A stretch of DNA of 63,387 bases, the filler included, from Kipferlia bialata (taxonomy: Eukaryota), in assembly GCA_003568945.1 (NCBI GenBank). It is 5 parts of 5 records of this genome, joined end to end, with 100 filler letters (N's around TTAATTAATTAA, not from the genome) between each part and the next. Parts side by side here need not be neighbours in the genome. Positions count along the whole stretch, not along the records: positions 12,707 to 25,309 come from BDIP01001059.1; positions 25,410 to 38,006 come from BDIP01001061.1; 3 more parts are not named here. One strand, written 5' to 3'. Positions 12,733 through 26,566 of the stretch are shown here, piece after piece (position 1 is the stretch's first letter; each line of letters starts with the position of its first letter). A program made the translations under genes and the position numbers. Below the pieces are notes generated by a model that saw only the letters and a program-made list of their open reading frames with translations, had not been told where the DNA came from and made no database searches.

Positions 12733-14040
12733 CCCCCCCCCCCCAATCCCAGGCCCTCTGACCGAGGCCCATGTCTCCTCTCCCTCCTCTGACACCCCCC
12801 CTACAAGTGCCAATGGTCAGGGCAGGTAAGTCACCAGGCTGTGTTGTGTCTCCTTTGGTCCATTTCTTGTTATCACTCAGAGTCTCTCACCCCAGTGTGC
12901 CCTCCAACCGCCGCCGGACTGTCAACAACGCCTTCCACCTAGCCTGCACTGACAGGGTACTGGAGGAGGTGGTGGCACAGGCACTGACACGCATGACAGA
13001 CCTGGTCTCCCCATACCCAGGACACAAGGTGGGGTAGTTGTATATTAGTATATGCCGTGATCCACACCGTTACCCTCTCCCTCTCCCCCTGACCCCCAGG
13101 TCCTTGCCTTCTCCGCCCTCTCCCCCTGTGTCCCGTACCGGTCTCTGTCCTACACCAATGGGCACCAGGCCATATCCCCTCTGGGTGACCCTGCCACAGC
13201 CACGTCGGATGGGGAGGTCTCTGCAGTCAGCCCCTCTGTCCTGGATGCCCTAGCATGTAGTGAGGGAGAGGCAGGGGGTGGGGAGGGGGGGAGGAGGGAG
13301 ACAAGCCCTGTGGAGGTGCTCGAGGTCAAGGGAATGCAGGTGGGTATTCATATTCATAATCACTATTATAGATAGTTCTATATTCTGCTGTACTACGCGT
13401 TGACCTTCCTCCCCACCCCAGGTGTCAGGTGCCGAGGCCAGGATGTATGCTGTGCAGACATACGAGGCCCAGCTCCTGTTGGTCCTGTCCCAGATACACG
13501 CAGCACGCAGACACAGACCCCGGTCCGGACCCATGCCCAGCCACACACCCAATGGTACTAAGGGGGCATACGGACAGGATAAGGTGGGTCAGATGTCCGG
13601 TTAGGATGACATACTTTATCCCCCCCCTCTCTGCCTCACCCCCAGCCCCTGTCCCTCCGTGATGCCACCCTTAGACTAGGCCAAGGGAGAGAGGAGTTAG
13701 ACAGAGCACTGGCAGACACCAAGGACACGTGCTCCAGGTAAGGGTACATGTCAGTGGTATCAATGGGACGTATTATTCATGCATTATGTCATCATTCATC
13801 TATCTATCTGTTGGCGCTCCTCCCCACCCCAGGCTGGGTCTCTTCACCTCCTGCCCTAAGTTCATCGCTAGACCCAAGGGAGTGCGCAGACTCGTGTACG
13901 TTATTAATGCTGCATCTGCACATACGATCCATAGTGATACCCCACTGCCCTGTTGTATTGCCTATTACTTAACGCACCCTCACCCCCAGCCGCACTAGAA
14001 ACAAGGACCTGGCCTGAGCCTAGGGCTACTAGCCCTAGTA
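12733..14040 (+). CDS. 3' part of a multi-exon hypothetical protein
   Basis: GC-rich blocks bounded by CTCACCCCAG-type acceptors and GT donors (e.g. 12896-13028 VPSNRRRTVNNAFHLACTDRVLEEVV.., 13422-13583 VSGAEARMYAVQTYEAQLLLVL..). No recognised domain. Confidence 0.5.
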
Positions 14041-14315
14041 CCAGTAGACAGTCGGATGTTGTATTGAAGAATCCCAAGTATTGTAGTTTCTAATTGTTTC
14101 TTGTGTTTGTGTCAAGCAGTAAATGTGTCAAGTGATATATGGCTAGTTAGTGACATGCATGGAACAGATACTGCATACGTGGTTATTACTTCTCCACACA
14201 CTGAAGATCAGAGACTGAACACTATGATTCTCTATTTCAATACTACACTACACAATGTGTACACATCAACAAACCACTGCATCCGGCCTTCCTTGGGTAT
14301 CCATACACAGCCCCT

Positions 14316-15287
14316 TCACCCTAACCTAGGTGACATGGGAGAGGACTTGCCTAGGGGGGACCGGACTCTGGCCTGCGGGTAGGGAAGAGGACATGGTTAT
14401 GGTGGGCCGCTAATGGTCTGTAATACAATACTTGCCGTAAATAGCTATATGTACGAAGCATCCAGTCATCATCCACACCTGGGGAGACAGGGCCACTGCT
14501 GCCGGAGACCTAGATGCAGAGTGGGTTGATGAGTCTGAGGCCGAGGACTCTTCCCAGTAGGGCAGACCGCTGGAGGGGGCAGAGCTGGCACTCTTGGTGC
14601 TCTTCAACAGACTGCTCGACTGGGGGTGGGGAGACGGTGGAGGAGTTGTTGCTATATACAAATGTAGCTCATTTTTCATCAGAACGTCTTATTCATTGTG
14701 TATATATATTGTAACCCACCCTGCCACTTCTACGAGGCGTGATGTAGGATCGGCGCCCCTGACCCGTTGATGGAAGGGGAGGACCTCCTATAGCTGGTCC
14801 ATGTGCCTTCCTCCCTGAAGGTAAAATTGCTTGAAATCATCATGATTATCATGTATGTTATGACTTGCGGCAATGACAAGTGACACATACCTTCGGGGTC
14901 GGGACCGGCTATAGTTCTAGGACTGGGGTACGGGGTACTGGAACCTTGGGTGAGAGTGAACTACTATCATTTGGTCATATGATATAGTATCCTGTCGAAA
15001 GGTATGATTCGCACAAACGATCTTTATGGTCGCCTGAAAGAATACCTGTAGTATAGGAGCGATATCATTGTATACGGTAGTGCACAAGTTCAAAAACAAC
15101 GAGATCATCACCGTCTACCAAATACGCTAGTAATGTATTGATGCAGCACCTGGGCTCCTCACCCCATATATATATATATACTATATATATATATATACTA
15201 TATACCATGCTCTATTGTAGTACCTGGGCTCCTGACCCCACTTGGGGGTAGTTTGTGCAGGTGGCTCCGTCTACTCCGCTGGCTCAT
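14316..15287 (-). CDS. Small Ser/Pro/Arg-rich hypothetical protein (5 exons)
   Basis: MSQRSRRSHLHKLPPSGVRSP|GSSTPYPSPRTIAGPDPE|GRKAHG..RRSGR|SSSLLKSTKS..ALSPQ|ARVRSPLGKSSPMSPRLG*. Frame stays open across four GT-AG introns; the start could lie further upstream. Confidence 0.55.
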
Positions 15288-15626
15288 TGGTTAGACTGAC
15301 ACAAGACAGGCTGGTGACACTCAGGATACAGTGGGGGGCTTGGGTCCGTCAGACCACACAGGAGAGACAGGGAAGCAGCAGGAGCCTTGCGAAATCGGTA
15401 TCGGAGTGATAACCTCAAAGCGTATTGAAAGGTGTAAACAAAAAGACAAAAGGGTGTTGAGAGGTGTCGCACTTGTACTCCAACTACATGCTTCTCTTCA
15501 CATACCCTAGTCCTCCAGCATCACTAGACACCTGTGATTGGTGCGCCTGACCCATCCACACTGTATCAGTGATACACCAGTGCCCCCCCCCCCCCCTTCT
15601 AGGAGAGAGAGAGTATTTAGGGAGGG

Positions 15627-18600
15627 ATGGACCAGGCCTTCATAGCTGTCACTGGCAGTGATGTGGGCACGGCCCAACAATATCTGGCAGACCACAAGGT
15701 GGGGGGGGGGGAGTATAGGGCGTGGCCACAGAGCCAGATAGAGTTGTATTTACGTGTTGTGGCTTGTGATTAGTCTATAATGTATGTCTGACCGCAGTCA
15801 CTGATACCGAGTGTCGAGGCGTACTACCAGTCCATACAGAGTGCGTCAGGGACTGAGGGTGGGGAGGAGGACACCCACTCCGACCATGCCTCTGGCCTGC
15901 TGAGTCCTGCCCGGCGCCATGCCATGCTGGGCATACTCCAATGCTCACAGGTATCTATATATGTCAGGCATCAGTGTCAGAGTGAGGACTATCTCAGATA
16001 CACCACTCACTCTCAGGGTAACTACTCCGATGCGGTGCTTAACCACCTGATTCTGGCATCAGACACCCCTCCCCTCTCGGTGCTGGCTCTGCTCCTAGGA
16101 GGTAGGGTGAATGCAGACGTGTATATATAGTGTTTGGAGTGATACAGACGACTTCTCTCTTTATCTCTCCCTCTTCCCCCAGACATCCCTCTCTCAGCAT
16201 GTGCTGCACCCGAGCCCCCCAAGGACTCCGTGGCCAACCTGGCCTCTGGGTCAGACGGAGGACAGCTCACTCAGGTTGGTAGGCTTGGTCAGTACATGCT
16301 ATGTAGTGTATGTACTCTTTGTATTATTGTATGCTGGGTATATAATGTGTATTTTCTCCATGTTATTCTGTATCTAGTTCCATATGGTATTGAGATATAT
16401 TATTCCTCTGGGGAGACGGGTGATCACGGGTGAGTATATCCCATGTGTTCTGTCTGAGACATTGCCATATATATATATATACCCCCCCCCCCCCACCCCA
16501 GACCATTCTGCGCCTGTCCCAACCACTGTATCAGGGCAGAGACAGACACCACACCCCCCACCACTCCAGACGCCACGGCCACACCCCAGCACCCCTCTCC
16601 CACAGAGTGTCTGATGTGTACAGTGAGGCAGCGTCAGGCACTCTCCTAGACACGCTGTGCAGGTGGGGGGGGATGGGTATATATCTACTGGTCATTTAGA
16701 TGTTATGGACAGTGTACGTCTACTCGTACCTTTCTATTGTCTCTCACACGTCAGGCTTGTGCAGTTACCGTCTGTGGCATGTGTGCTGGGTGGCGAGAGG
16801 GGCCGGGGGAGAGAGAGAGACCTGGACCCAGATGCTGGTGACAGTGGTGACCCCTACCCCCTGTCAGATGGAGACAGGGCACAGGGTATGGATGACACCA
16901 TGCTCAGGGGTCTGCCAGAGCCGTTCTGCGGCATGACCCTTGGTGCCATCCGTCGATACCTGTCCCACCCTGGCGATGGCATGTCCATGTCCACAACCGC
17001 TGTGGCTGTGCTGCTAGAGGAGGACGGGGAGTCAGAGGGAGAGTACACCCAGGGCGACACTGCCCAGGACTGTCTCGACAGACTGGCAGCCTGCAGTGCC
17101 TACCTGTCTGTGCTCATTGATCCCTATGACTCCTACCGCACCCGCCAGACCTCCAGCCGTGTCCACCACATGGTGCCCATGCCCCACGACAGGGTCAGTA
17201 GGGATGCCCTGCAGCGTGTGCTGAGGGTGTATCTGGCTGTACTGCAAGGGGTACTGGCCAACAGGGTCAGTGCCCCAGGGGAGGAGGGGGGTGAGACCCC
17301 AGCAGTGTATGGACAGGCGGGGGTTGCAGTGGATATCTTGAAGGACGTCCCCCTCAATGAGCCCGAGGCCCTGTGTGCCAGTCAGATATGCCACACACTC
17401 AGACTCTACGGGGTGGCAGCGGCTATATGCGAGGTATTCCTGACACAACAGTGTTATCTTGCAGAGTTCTTATACTATGTGTGATTACATCGTCAATGCG
17501 ATTATCATTCCTTCCTCACCCCTAGGGCGATGCTGTTGTTGACCACAAACTGGCCAGACGCCTCATGTATCTGCTGAACGACACACGCACACACGCACAA
17601 GGTGGGGTTGTCTCTATTTACATGTATATACCTATAAGAGTGGTAGGTAATTGGTAGGTAATACTTTGATATTGTATTGTTGTTGACATTTACTCACATG
17701 CCACTCTTCCTGATCCCCAGAGATCCTGTCCCTTGTGACTTCCATTCCCACCGTGCGCATATCATCGTACACAAGGTAACCACTGTCACCTTTCCACAGT
17801 GTCTGTCATATATTGCCATGTTGTAGTCTATGACATGAGTCTCCACATGTCTGTCTCTGACCCCAGGGCCGACGGCAAGACCCACCGGGAGATGGCCTAT
17901 CTGCACTCCATCGACGATGTGCTGCGTCTCCTGCCCTATGCCGTGGCCCACCTTGGCCCAGTCACCGTGACCAATGCCCTACTGGCAGACTTTGCCTCTG
18001 GTGACATGGGCAGGGGGGAGGGGACCACGGAGATCAGAGGTGCGGCTAGTGATACATTGAAGTACGTCTCTCCCTTCATTCCCTACTCACGCCAGGCTTT
18101 GTCCCCCTAGCTATGCTGGTGCCTGCTCTGATGGACCAGGGGAGAGAGAGAGACAGGGGGCACGGCAGGGACAGGCGGGGGAGGGACAGAGACAGGCGGG
18201 GTAGGTCAGGCAGGGGTGACCAGGCCTCCCAGTCCTGTACCCAGGTGTTCTCCCTGAGTCCCTCTGCCTTTGCCGTCTATGTGCACAGGCTGAGGAGTGT
18301 CAAGAGGCTCAAGACTGCCTCCGAGCAGTACACCCTGGTGCCCTCTGTCCTGGCCTCAGCCCTGCACCAGACCCTAGTGCAGACAGAGAGGCAGGAGAGG
18401 GACAGAGAGGGGGGGGACACATCAGTCCCTGAGCTGGATGGGCCCCAGACCCTGTTGCGGCAGAGGTGGCTGGGGGCAGAGGGCGCAGAGACCATGCGAG
18501 AGATGGTGTCACTGGCCTACATGCGCTATATAGGGGACGATCTGGAGGCACCGGGGGTCAAGCTACTGCAGCAGAGCACGGACAGCGTGGGGTACATCGC

Positions 18601-20616
18601 AGACAAGGTGGGTGTTTGTGTAATGACTGAGACAATATCCTCATAACTGTTCACTGTCTGTTGTATATGTTCTTTGACTTCAGGTGCCCGACTTTGAGAT
18701 CCCCCTCTTCTACCTGTGTGGGTGCATGGGTCAGCACGTGCATGCCCTGACAAGGATACTCAGGTGACCCAGGGGTGTATTTCCGAAGCTAATCCTTCTC
18801 ATATACTGGTGTAGTCCTATTTACTACCCTACATGTAACTCCCCCCTCTCCCTTATACTAGGCCCTTGGCCAAGTACACCTCTGACCTAGAGGCCTTGGA
18901 GGCCACTGCCCCTGAGAGAGAGGGGGTGCCAGAGACCAAGGTGGCCAAGGCCCCCGAGACCCCAGCTGTTGTGATAGCAGTGTCAGACATGGGGGCTAGG
19001 GGAGGGAGGGGTCGGAGAGGGGGTGCCGACAGGGAGAGCCAGAGGTTGAGGGGTCCTGTGCGGCGTCAGCGGAGAGGTCGTGGTGACGACAGCGATGATG
19101 AGAGTGAGTCAGATGAGGAGTCATCTCAGACCACGGAGGAGGAGGTAGAGTCAGAGGGAGAGAGAGAGAGGAGCCAGAGGGAGGCAGACAGTCGGGACGA
19201 GGGCTCCCTGTCAGACTATGAGGGGGTGGGTGACGCTAGTCCGTCTGACAGGCCTCACACAGAGACAGGGACAGAGGAGGAGACGGAGAGAATGCGTGAT
19301 CTGAGCCACCAGCGCCATGCTCTGGAGGTCAAGGCGGTGAGGGCGGCAGCAGCGGTGGCAGAGCAGGTATGGGTGGTAGTATGTGAGGATATATTGGAAT
19401 AGTTGCATATCACACATCTGGGTAGGCCCATCTTCCCTCCCTCTCACTGTCAGGTTGAGGAGTACTGTATTGCGGCAGTGTACCTGGCTGCCAGGAAGGT
19501 GGAACAGGAGCTCAAGAGAGAGTACAGGGTACGTGCAGTTACAGTGTGGATATTGAAACAGTATCTCCCAGATATCCCCCCCCCCCCCTTCCCACCGCAG
19601 TATCTGCTCAAGATCCGTTCTCTCTCCCCCTCGGACTGTCAGGCAGAGACAGACACTAGGGGGGCCCTGCGGTCTCCAGACCCATCTCAGACCGGTGCCT
19701 CCCCATCTGGCCAGGGCAGGCAGTCCGACCTGCCCCGCATCCCCTACCCCCCCGATGCAGACAGTCTCTTTATGGCAGCATGTGGGGCAGGGAGGAAGGA
19801 GCCCCTCGCCACCACCCTGGCCAACCTCTTCCCATTCTCGCTGGCCACCCCTGCGGACCAGTCGACATCCCTCTCCCGCTCCAGGTCGAGCAAGTCTGTG
19901 GCCCACTCCCGTGCCCCCAGCTACGGGGGGTCCCAGGCTGGGTCCCTGACCACCAGTGCCAGTGGGAGCAGAGCAGTGGAGAGGCTGAGGGAGGAGCTAG
20001 ACAGGACAGTGCGGAGGAGGCACGTAGCAGTTGGGCAGCTGGGGCGCAGCTCTGCCCCCCACCTTCTGGTGCGTGCCCTAGATATGCTAGTAAGGATGAC
20101 AGGGGACACAGGTGGGGAGAGGGCGGCAGCTCCCAAGCACGTCGCTGCTGCTGCTCTCCGTCTGGTGGATACCAGGCACGAGTCTGGGCAGCTGCTGGCT
20201 AGATATGCCTCCAGCGACACCCTGGTGAGACTGCCCTCCTGCATCCCCCTGGCAGACCTTAGACCCTTCCTCGTCGCATCCTTCAACACCCTGGCCGACC
20301 ACACCCGCAGTGCCCAGACCCAGATGAGGCTGTACCAGAGGAGGAACGACGTGGCACTCAAGAGGTGGGGGCATGTGTTGCATTATTGGTCAGTGTGTTG
20401 TGTTCTCACCCTCCAGACTCTTCGAGCTCAGAGGCCATGTGGCTGTCCGTAGCAACACCACAGTCTGTTGCGTCTGTCTCAGGTGGGTGTGACTCTTTCT
20501 TTCACCTCTTTATCTCTATCTGTCTATCTGACACCAGGGGTCTTGGTCACACTGATGTGCACGTATACCCAGACGGACTCTTCAGCCACAAGGGATGTAT
20601 ACGTCAGGCGAAGTGA
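15627..20616 (+). CDS. Vps39/Vam6/TGFBRAP1-like tethering-complex subunit
   Basis: C-terminus LPSCIPLADLRPFLVASFNTLADHTRSAQTQMRLYQRRNDVALKR|LFELRGHVAVRSNTTVCCVCLR|GLGHTDVHVYPDGLFSHKGC matches the Vps39 domain-2/zinc-finger pattern (CxxC..VYPDG..H..C). GNYSDAVLNHLILASDTPPLSVLALL resembles the post-CNH helices. Confidence 0.7.
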
Positions 20617-20779
20617 TGGTCGTGCATGTGACTAGCAATTCATCTATTGAACACACTGCCGTAGAATAGACTCGTCTATGTTCCCAGTCTAATCGATGGG
20701 TGAATATATATGACCAATATGTAATTATGTACGTGTGACAAGCCGGTCAACACTGCATGTCACACACACGTGATGATTC

Positions 20780-23700
20780 TCACAGTATGGATAGGAACCA
20801 CTGTGTGCGGGCATTCCTGGCTGCCTCCCTAACTGCCCTATCCGGTGCGTCCAGCCATGGCAGTAGAGCATGCACCACCCTCTGGGATAGAGTACTCCAC
20901 TGGACCTGGGCCTCAGAGGGGTCTGTGCCCTCGGGGGCAGGGGCAGGGGACAGCCACTTGCCAATGGCCTGGTGGTAAAGGTATATAGTCGGGCTGAACA
21001 AATGACATGAATATGAATGCTAACGTGATACAAACACGTATACCTGCAGGGCCTGAGCCCCCTCCACCGACGTGCCCTCTGCCAGTATCATATCTATGAC
21101 CTCTGCCTCGTTGGATGCAACGGGGGAGGGGTGGACACGGCACAGACGGGTGATGGCCGTGCACTGCACTGGCTCGAGACATGCCAGCAGCATGTCCTTG
21201 GGCACACTCTTGTAGGCCTGTGCCACAGACGCATCAGTGGCAGCCATCAGCACAGAGGCCAGAGCGTGCTGGGCAGCGGGTCTTCTGACCTCTCTGCAGA
21301 GTTGGGTGTCGAGCAGTTCGGCACTCCTCACCAGGGTGCATATCATCTCAACGTCCAGGGACAGGGGGAGGGGCTTGGCAAGACCCCCAATGGAGGAACC
21401 TGGGGGTAAATACAGTGATATATGAATAAGGATTATTATGTGAGTGGTGGCTTCAAAGATAGCAACCAACTGACTAAGTACTACCCACCTGTTGCCGTTG
21501 CGACCTCCTCGAGCAGGGTGACGTCTGTCAACAGACGGGACATCAGGGGAATGGCACCCCGCTGGCTCTCAGGCTCAGCGTAGAAGGATGCCACCAGGAC
21601 AGCAGCGACCTCCTGCTGTCTGGGGGGAGAGAGGCTGGACAGGTGCTGGGCTGCCAGGTCGATGTAGGGGGCAGTACCCAGGGACACCAGGGACCCCAGG
21701 ATATAGGCCAGGGGGACAGAGGGCTCTGCTTCTGCCTCAGCGTCTGCCTGGAACAGATGCACGCACAGCCACTGGGCGGCAGGGTGCACCCCACCGTCAC
21801 AGCAGCCACAGCCATGGGAGGATGTGTCACACTTGGCACCGCCTGTGAGAGATGCATACCGTGTCTGGACTGATGCGGGCACTGCCTCCACCACATCCAC
21901 AGTGTGCACACCATGGGGGCAGGAGTTGACCACCACCAGCAGGTCCTTGAGACAAGAGACACAGGGCACACAGGCCGTGCACACGGCTGTCTCCCCAAGT
22001 CCAGACACCATGAGTCTTACAGCACCCAGGGGGTCCTCCTGCTGTAGGGCTGCCCTGGCCACTGGCTGGAGGTCGAGGGGGGAGGGATGGGTCTGGCCCT
22101 CCCCATCTCCGAGGACGGCTCTGTCGAGGGTCAGGCACTGCAGAGCGAGGGAGAGAGACTCCCAGTCAGCAAGGGAGGGCAGGAGAGAGACTAGAGCGGA
22201 GTGGGGCACGAGGGTGCACACATCCACCTCTGCCTCTGTTCCCATGGGTGTGTCACATGCCCTGGCAGACAGATGGGCAGCAAGACGCCTCAGACGCCAG
22301 TCGTCAGTGGCAGCGTACTCAGGTGGGGTGGCCTCACCCCCTCCTAGGGGGTCAGCCTCGCCCCTCAGCACGGCCAGGGCCAGAGTGAGTCTGGTGAGCA
22401 TGGAGAGTGTCTCCACCTGGGCTGGTGTATCTGGGGTCTGTCTGTCTATCAGGGAGAGCAGGGCAGGGACCCAGGCCAGAGGGGGGTTGGGCTGACCCTT
22501 CACCTTCCTGGCCCTCATCGACATGGACAGAGCTCCCAGGGGCTGGGTCACAGCGGTGAGCAGCTCGTATATGTCGCCTGGCTCCTTCCCCCCTGTGACC
22601 GTGGTCTCAGACCTGTTGGACTTGGGGGTCTCCACAGGGCCCTCCTTGCACAGACTGGCGACCAGGGGGGCAAGACCCTGGGGTGAGGGGGAGAATGTGG
22701 CCCACATAGATAACGACTCTTCAAGACTCCTATCTGTTTCATACAGTTACACTGTACCTTGTCCGCTGCCACCACCCCGTCCTGCGAGTGGGCCAGACAC
22801 GTGGCCACCACAAAGCAACTGTTGCGGGTCTCCTTGGTGCCACTGTCAAACTGGATGTCCCTAGTTACATAGTCTACAGCAGCCTGGTATGAGACGCTGG
22901 TGGTTCCACATACTACACACATGGATATGGGGCAATACCTTCAGCACGTGGTGCTTGGCGGGCAGGACACACACATACTCCCTGAGCAGCCCCTCTGTCA
23001 TGGAGAGTGTCTGCACCGATCTGGAGGACACCAGCTCATTGACGATGGTCCACCACAGGATGCGGGACTGGTCCTCCAAGGCCTCGGGTCCCATGGTGTT
23101 GAGGACAAGCCGGATCAGACGCAGGGCCTCGCGCTTGTCACCCTCCTTCTCATCGCTGCCACTCCCTGGGGGTCAGGGGTGAATGCGCACTCCATTGTAA
23201 TATGTATATGTGCTCAGTACGCATATCGACTATCACCACTGAACTACTGTGTGTCTCCCCACCTAGCAGGGAGAGTGCTGCCTCCAGGGTCTGGTCCACC
23301 ACTGGGGCTGCCATGAGCACAGTATCGAGGTAGGACAGCAGGGTGTCGCGGGAGGGGGCGTGGGGGTCGCCCACCTTAGGGGTGTAATCCAGGGGGAAGT
23401 ACTGAATGGCAAAGCCAAACAGATCATCCTGGAGTCAGAGCAAGAGGACTAAAGGACAGAAAACTAAGAATACAATGTACTATACACCCTCCCATGCCCC
23501 CACCCACCCAAGTGTCCTCGTCCTCGCACTTGGCCTCAGACAGTGTGTCTGCCAGCTGGGCAGAGATGGCCAGGAGACGTACTAGGGAGGAGGGGGTCTT
23601 CTCCCCAGCAAACAGCTCCCCCAGGATGGATGCGAACTGGGCTGCGATGGATGGCTTGTCCAAAGGCAGGGACTCAGATGCACTGAGGAAGACAGAGAGG

Positions 23701-24590
23701 ACGGCCTGGGGTGGGGGACACAACGATAACCATCGAACCAAGTGCCCTATACACAACTGGAGAAGTATTAGGGTCATTGCATGACCATACATACACCCTA
23801 TCCCCTATCCCCTATACCTGTCTGGTGGGTGTGGGCATGAACTGAACCCTGGCACTCTTGAGGGCCATGAGGAGGGGGAGGTAGAGGGAGGGGGGGAGGG
23901 GGAGGGAGCACAGGGTGACACAGTGCACAGCAGCAATCCTGGGCCGGGAGAGGTGGGGGGAGAGTGTCCTGACGTCAGCACAGAGAAATCAGAAGAATAG
24001 CAACGGAGCAAGACAGGATACAATAGATGACCCTGATACCGCCACTACTGAGTGTGATGAGCCATCAGACACTATATATATATATAAATATACATCCCTC
24101 CCCACCTGTAGACTGCCATGACCACTGCGTTGGTGAGCAGCTCGGGGTGTGTGTGTGTCAGACACAGCACAGTGTCTCTGAGCATGGATCCCACAAGCAC
24201 AGCCTGGGGTGGGGGAGGCAGACACAGACATAGGCTAGAAGGAACACCATGTAGTAGAATAAATCTAGGTCCAGTGGAATATGGTGTAGGATCTCGGACA
24301 ATACGGGGTCTGACTAGGGTGGACTGGGATACCGTTCACTGACCTGTCTGTCCACAGCCCCTGTCATCTCAGACCCATACACAGTCAGGAAGTCAGACAC
24401 AAAGTCAGCCTCGCCATCTACAATCACTGGCGGTGAGGGATCAATAACCACATACATAAGGTGTATCTGACACACAGTATAACGTACACTTGACAGCTGC
24501 TTCCACAAGGGGTGGCTGCTCCTCTGTAAGGGTGAGGAAGTCACGGTACTTCGTGAATAGTTCCCCAAGCCGGTCCTGCACCGACGCCAT
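20780..24590 (-). CDS. Large Leu/Ala-rich alpha-solenoid-like hypothetical protein
   Basis: ATG 24590 (MASVQDRLGELFTKYRDFL..), ~12 exons including the 1.2-kb open exon ~21489-22677, stop after ..ARNARTQWFLSIL. No family recognised. Confidence 0.65.
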
Positions 24591-24861
24591 GGTGCGTCAA
24601 CTGATACAGTGCCTTTAGACAGAGTGGTTGTGAGCCACTGATCTCTCGAGTTGATGCTCGGAGTCTACACCCTTTTGCTATTATTGATGAGAGAACAAAA
24701 ATGAAAGGGTGTAGACGTGCTTGGATTTTCAGCTGATGAGTGTCTTCTGAGGCACATACTCTGTATCAGAGTCAGACGCTACTGCCATTATTGTTAAGGC
24801 TACACTGCAATGCGCAGAGTTAGAAGCTATGCGGGTCAGTCAGGAGTCAATCCGTTCAGCG

Positions 24862-25204
24862 ATGAGCCGGTAAAAGGTAATGTCGTGTGAGACTATACGG
24901 GTACTTATCTCATATGTTGTATTTCGTCCATCCTCTCACTATCAGCTCGGCCCACGAGACAGAGGCCCATGTCGTCAGTAGGCCACAAGGCACCTCTCTC
25001 GAAGGCACACCAAATGTCCCGAGCCATGACTATCCGGTGGGTGTCTACTGTAGTGGGGCTGTACGGAACGGAGACATTACGGAAGATCGCCCCTTCCCCA
25101 TCTCACCCCAGTGCCGCTGTCCCCACCGTGACAGACGAGCAGTCTCTGCAGCGTCTGAGGGACACGGCATGGACAGGAAGAACGAAGAGAAGTCGATATA
25201 TGAG
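24862..25204 (+). CDS. 5' fragment of a gene truncated by contig end (weak resemblance to a TBC Rab-GAP N-terminus)
   Basis: Exons with canonical splice signals; one frame gives ..DEQSLQRLRDTAWTGRTKRSRYMR. Frame and identity are not secure. Confidence 0.3.
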
Positions 25205-25253
25205 GTTGGTACCACCAGCACTAGGACCTCTCTCTCTCTTTCCCCTTGTTCTC

Positions 25254-25296
<43 letters not shown>

Positions 25297-25309
25297 GGGG
25301 GGGGGGGGG

Positions 25310-25409
25310 NNNNNNNNNNNNNNNNNNNNNNNNNNNNNNNNNNNNNNNNNNNNTTAATTAATTAANNNNNNNNNNNNNNNNNNNNNNNNNNNNNNNNNNN
25401 NNNNNNNNN
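25310..25409. other. Artificial contig spacer
   Basis: N-TTAATTAATTAA-N, 100 nt. Confidence 0.98.
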
Positions 25410-25535
25410 CTCTCTCTCTCTCTCTCTCCCTCTCTCTCTCTCTCTCTCCCTCTCTCTCTCTCTCGCTCTCTCCCGTCTCTCTCTCTCTCGCTCTCTCCCG
25501 TCTCTCTCTCTCTCTCCATCTCTTCTTACCCCCAG

Positions 25536-25985
25536 GAGCAGGAGGAGCTTGCCACCCTCCTCCAGATCCCTCTGGTCGCTTCCACTCTCAACAGGTATAG
25601 TATATATTGTATTATAATTAATATATATATTATTGTATATGTGTGTGTATCCCTCTCTCTCTGTTCCTCCCTCTCTCACCTTCAGAGGTTCCTCTGTTGT
25701 CGGCGCTGGCCTTGTGGCCAACGACTGGGCTGGATTCGTGGGTATGTATGCTTCACAGTATGCATACATATATATATAGACATAGATATATATATACTCA
25801 CCCCAGGTATGGACACCACCGCCAGAGAGGTGTCTGTTGTCGACTCTGTCCTCAAGCTCGATCAGCACGCCAAGGTACCCTCCTCTATCCTCCCTCTCTT
25901 CATCTATATCCCCACTCCCCTCTCACCCCAGGGTGCCTCTACCCAGGGTGTACAGGACTGGATGGCCTGGCTCGAGAAGGAGTAA
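25536..25985 (+). CDS. eIF6: Eukaryotic translation initiation factor 6, C-terminal four exons
   Basis: EQEELATLLQIPLVASTLNR|GSSVVGAGLVANDWAGFVG|MDTTAREVSVVDSVLKL.. matches the eIF6/TIF6 C-terminal motif (ELSSLLQVPLVAGTVNRGS..GMVVNDW..CG.DTT..E.SV.ESVFKL). Confidence 0.92.
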   Translation, partial: EQEELATLLQIPLVASTLNRYSIYCIIINIYIIVYVCVSLSLCSSLSHLQRFLCCRRWPCGQRLGWIRGYVCFTVCIHIYIDIDIYILTPGMDTTAREVSVVDSVLKLDQHAKVPSSILPLFIYIPTPLSPQGASTQGVQDWMAWLEKE

Positions 25986-26427
25986 GTGCTCTGCTACAGC
26001 GTGTCACAGCTTGTCACATTGTGTCAGTCTGTACTGTTTCTTTCCCCCTTCTGTTTTGCGTCACTCTGGGGGTATATCTTCCCCTATTTGTTTTGTGTAG
26101 CCGTTTTGTGTACCCACACAGCCGTTGTAATGCTGTTAATAGATGTTTTATTACCGTCATTCGTGATACTAGTTTTGTGCGGAGGTGTGTTAAATGATTG
26201 AATCTGTCGATATACAAATATCATCCAGGAGGCGCCAAGAACATAGCATAGGTCTATACTTCACTCTAAAGGGATGGAGCATGTCACAGTATATTGCAAA
26301 GCATAGTGTCTGGCAGAGTATACAGAGGGTATTAATACATATGCCTGTTACTTGCAGAGCTGTCATACATTCAGCACAGAATAGTCTACAGTTTGATATT
26401 TCATTTCCTCAAACGGAATCCAACGTC

Positions 26428-26499
26428 GGGCGCGTAGTTAAGTGGTATAACGCTCCCTTCGCATGGGAGAGGCCCGGGGTTCGATTCCCCGCGCGTCCA
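26428..26499 (+). tRNA. tRNA-Ala (anticodon CGC)
   Basis: GGGCGCG/CGCGTCC acceptor stem with the G3:U70 alanine identity pair, D arm, CTCCC-TTCGCAT-GGGAG anticodon arm, GGTTCGATTCC T loop; no intron, no encoded CCA. Confidence 0.96.
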
Positions 26500-26566
26500 C
26501 ATTTCATTGTCTTAGTCTGACCATTCAGTGAATCAAGGACAGAGTTGAACTCTTTTTCACCCGAAC

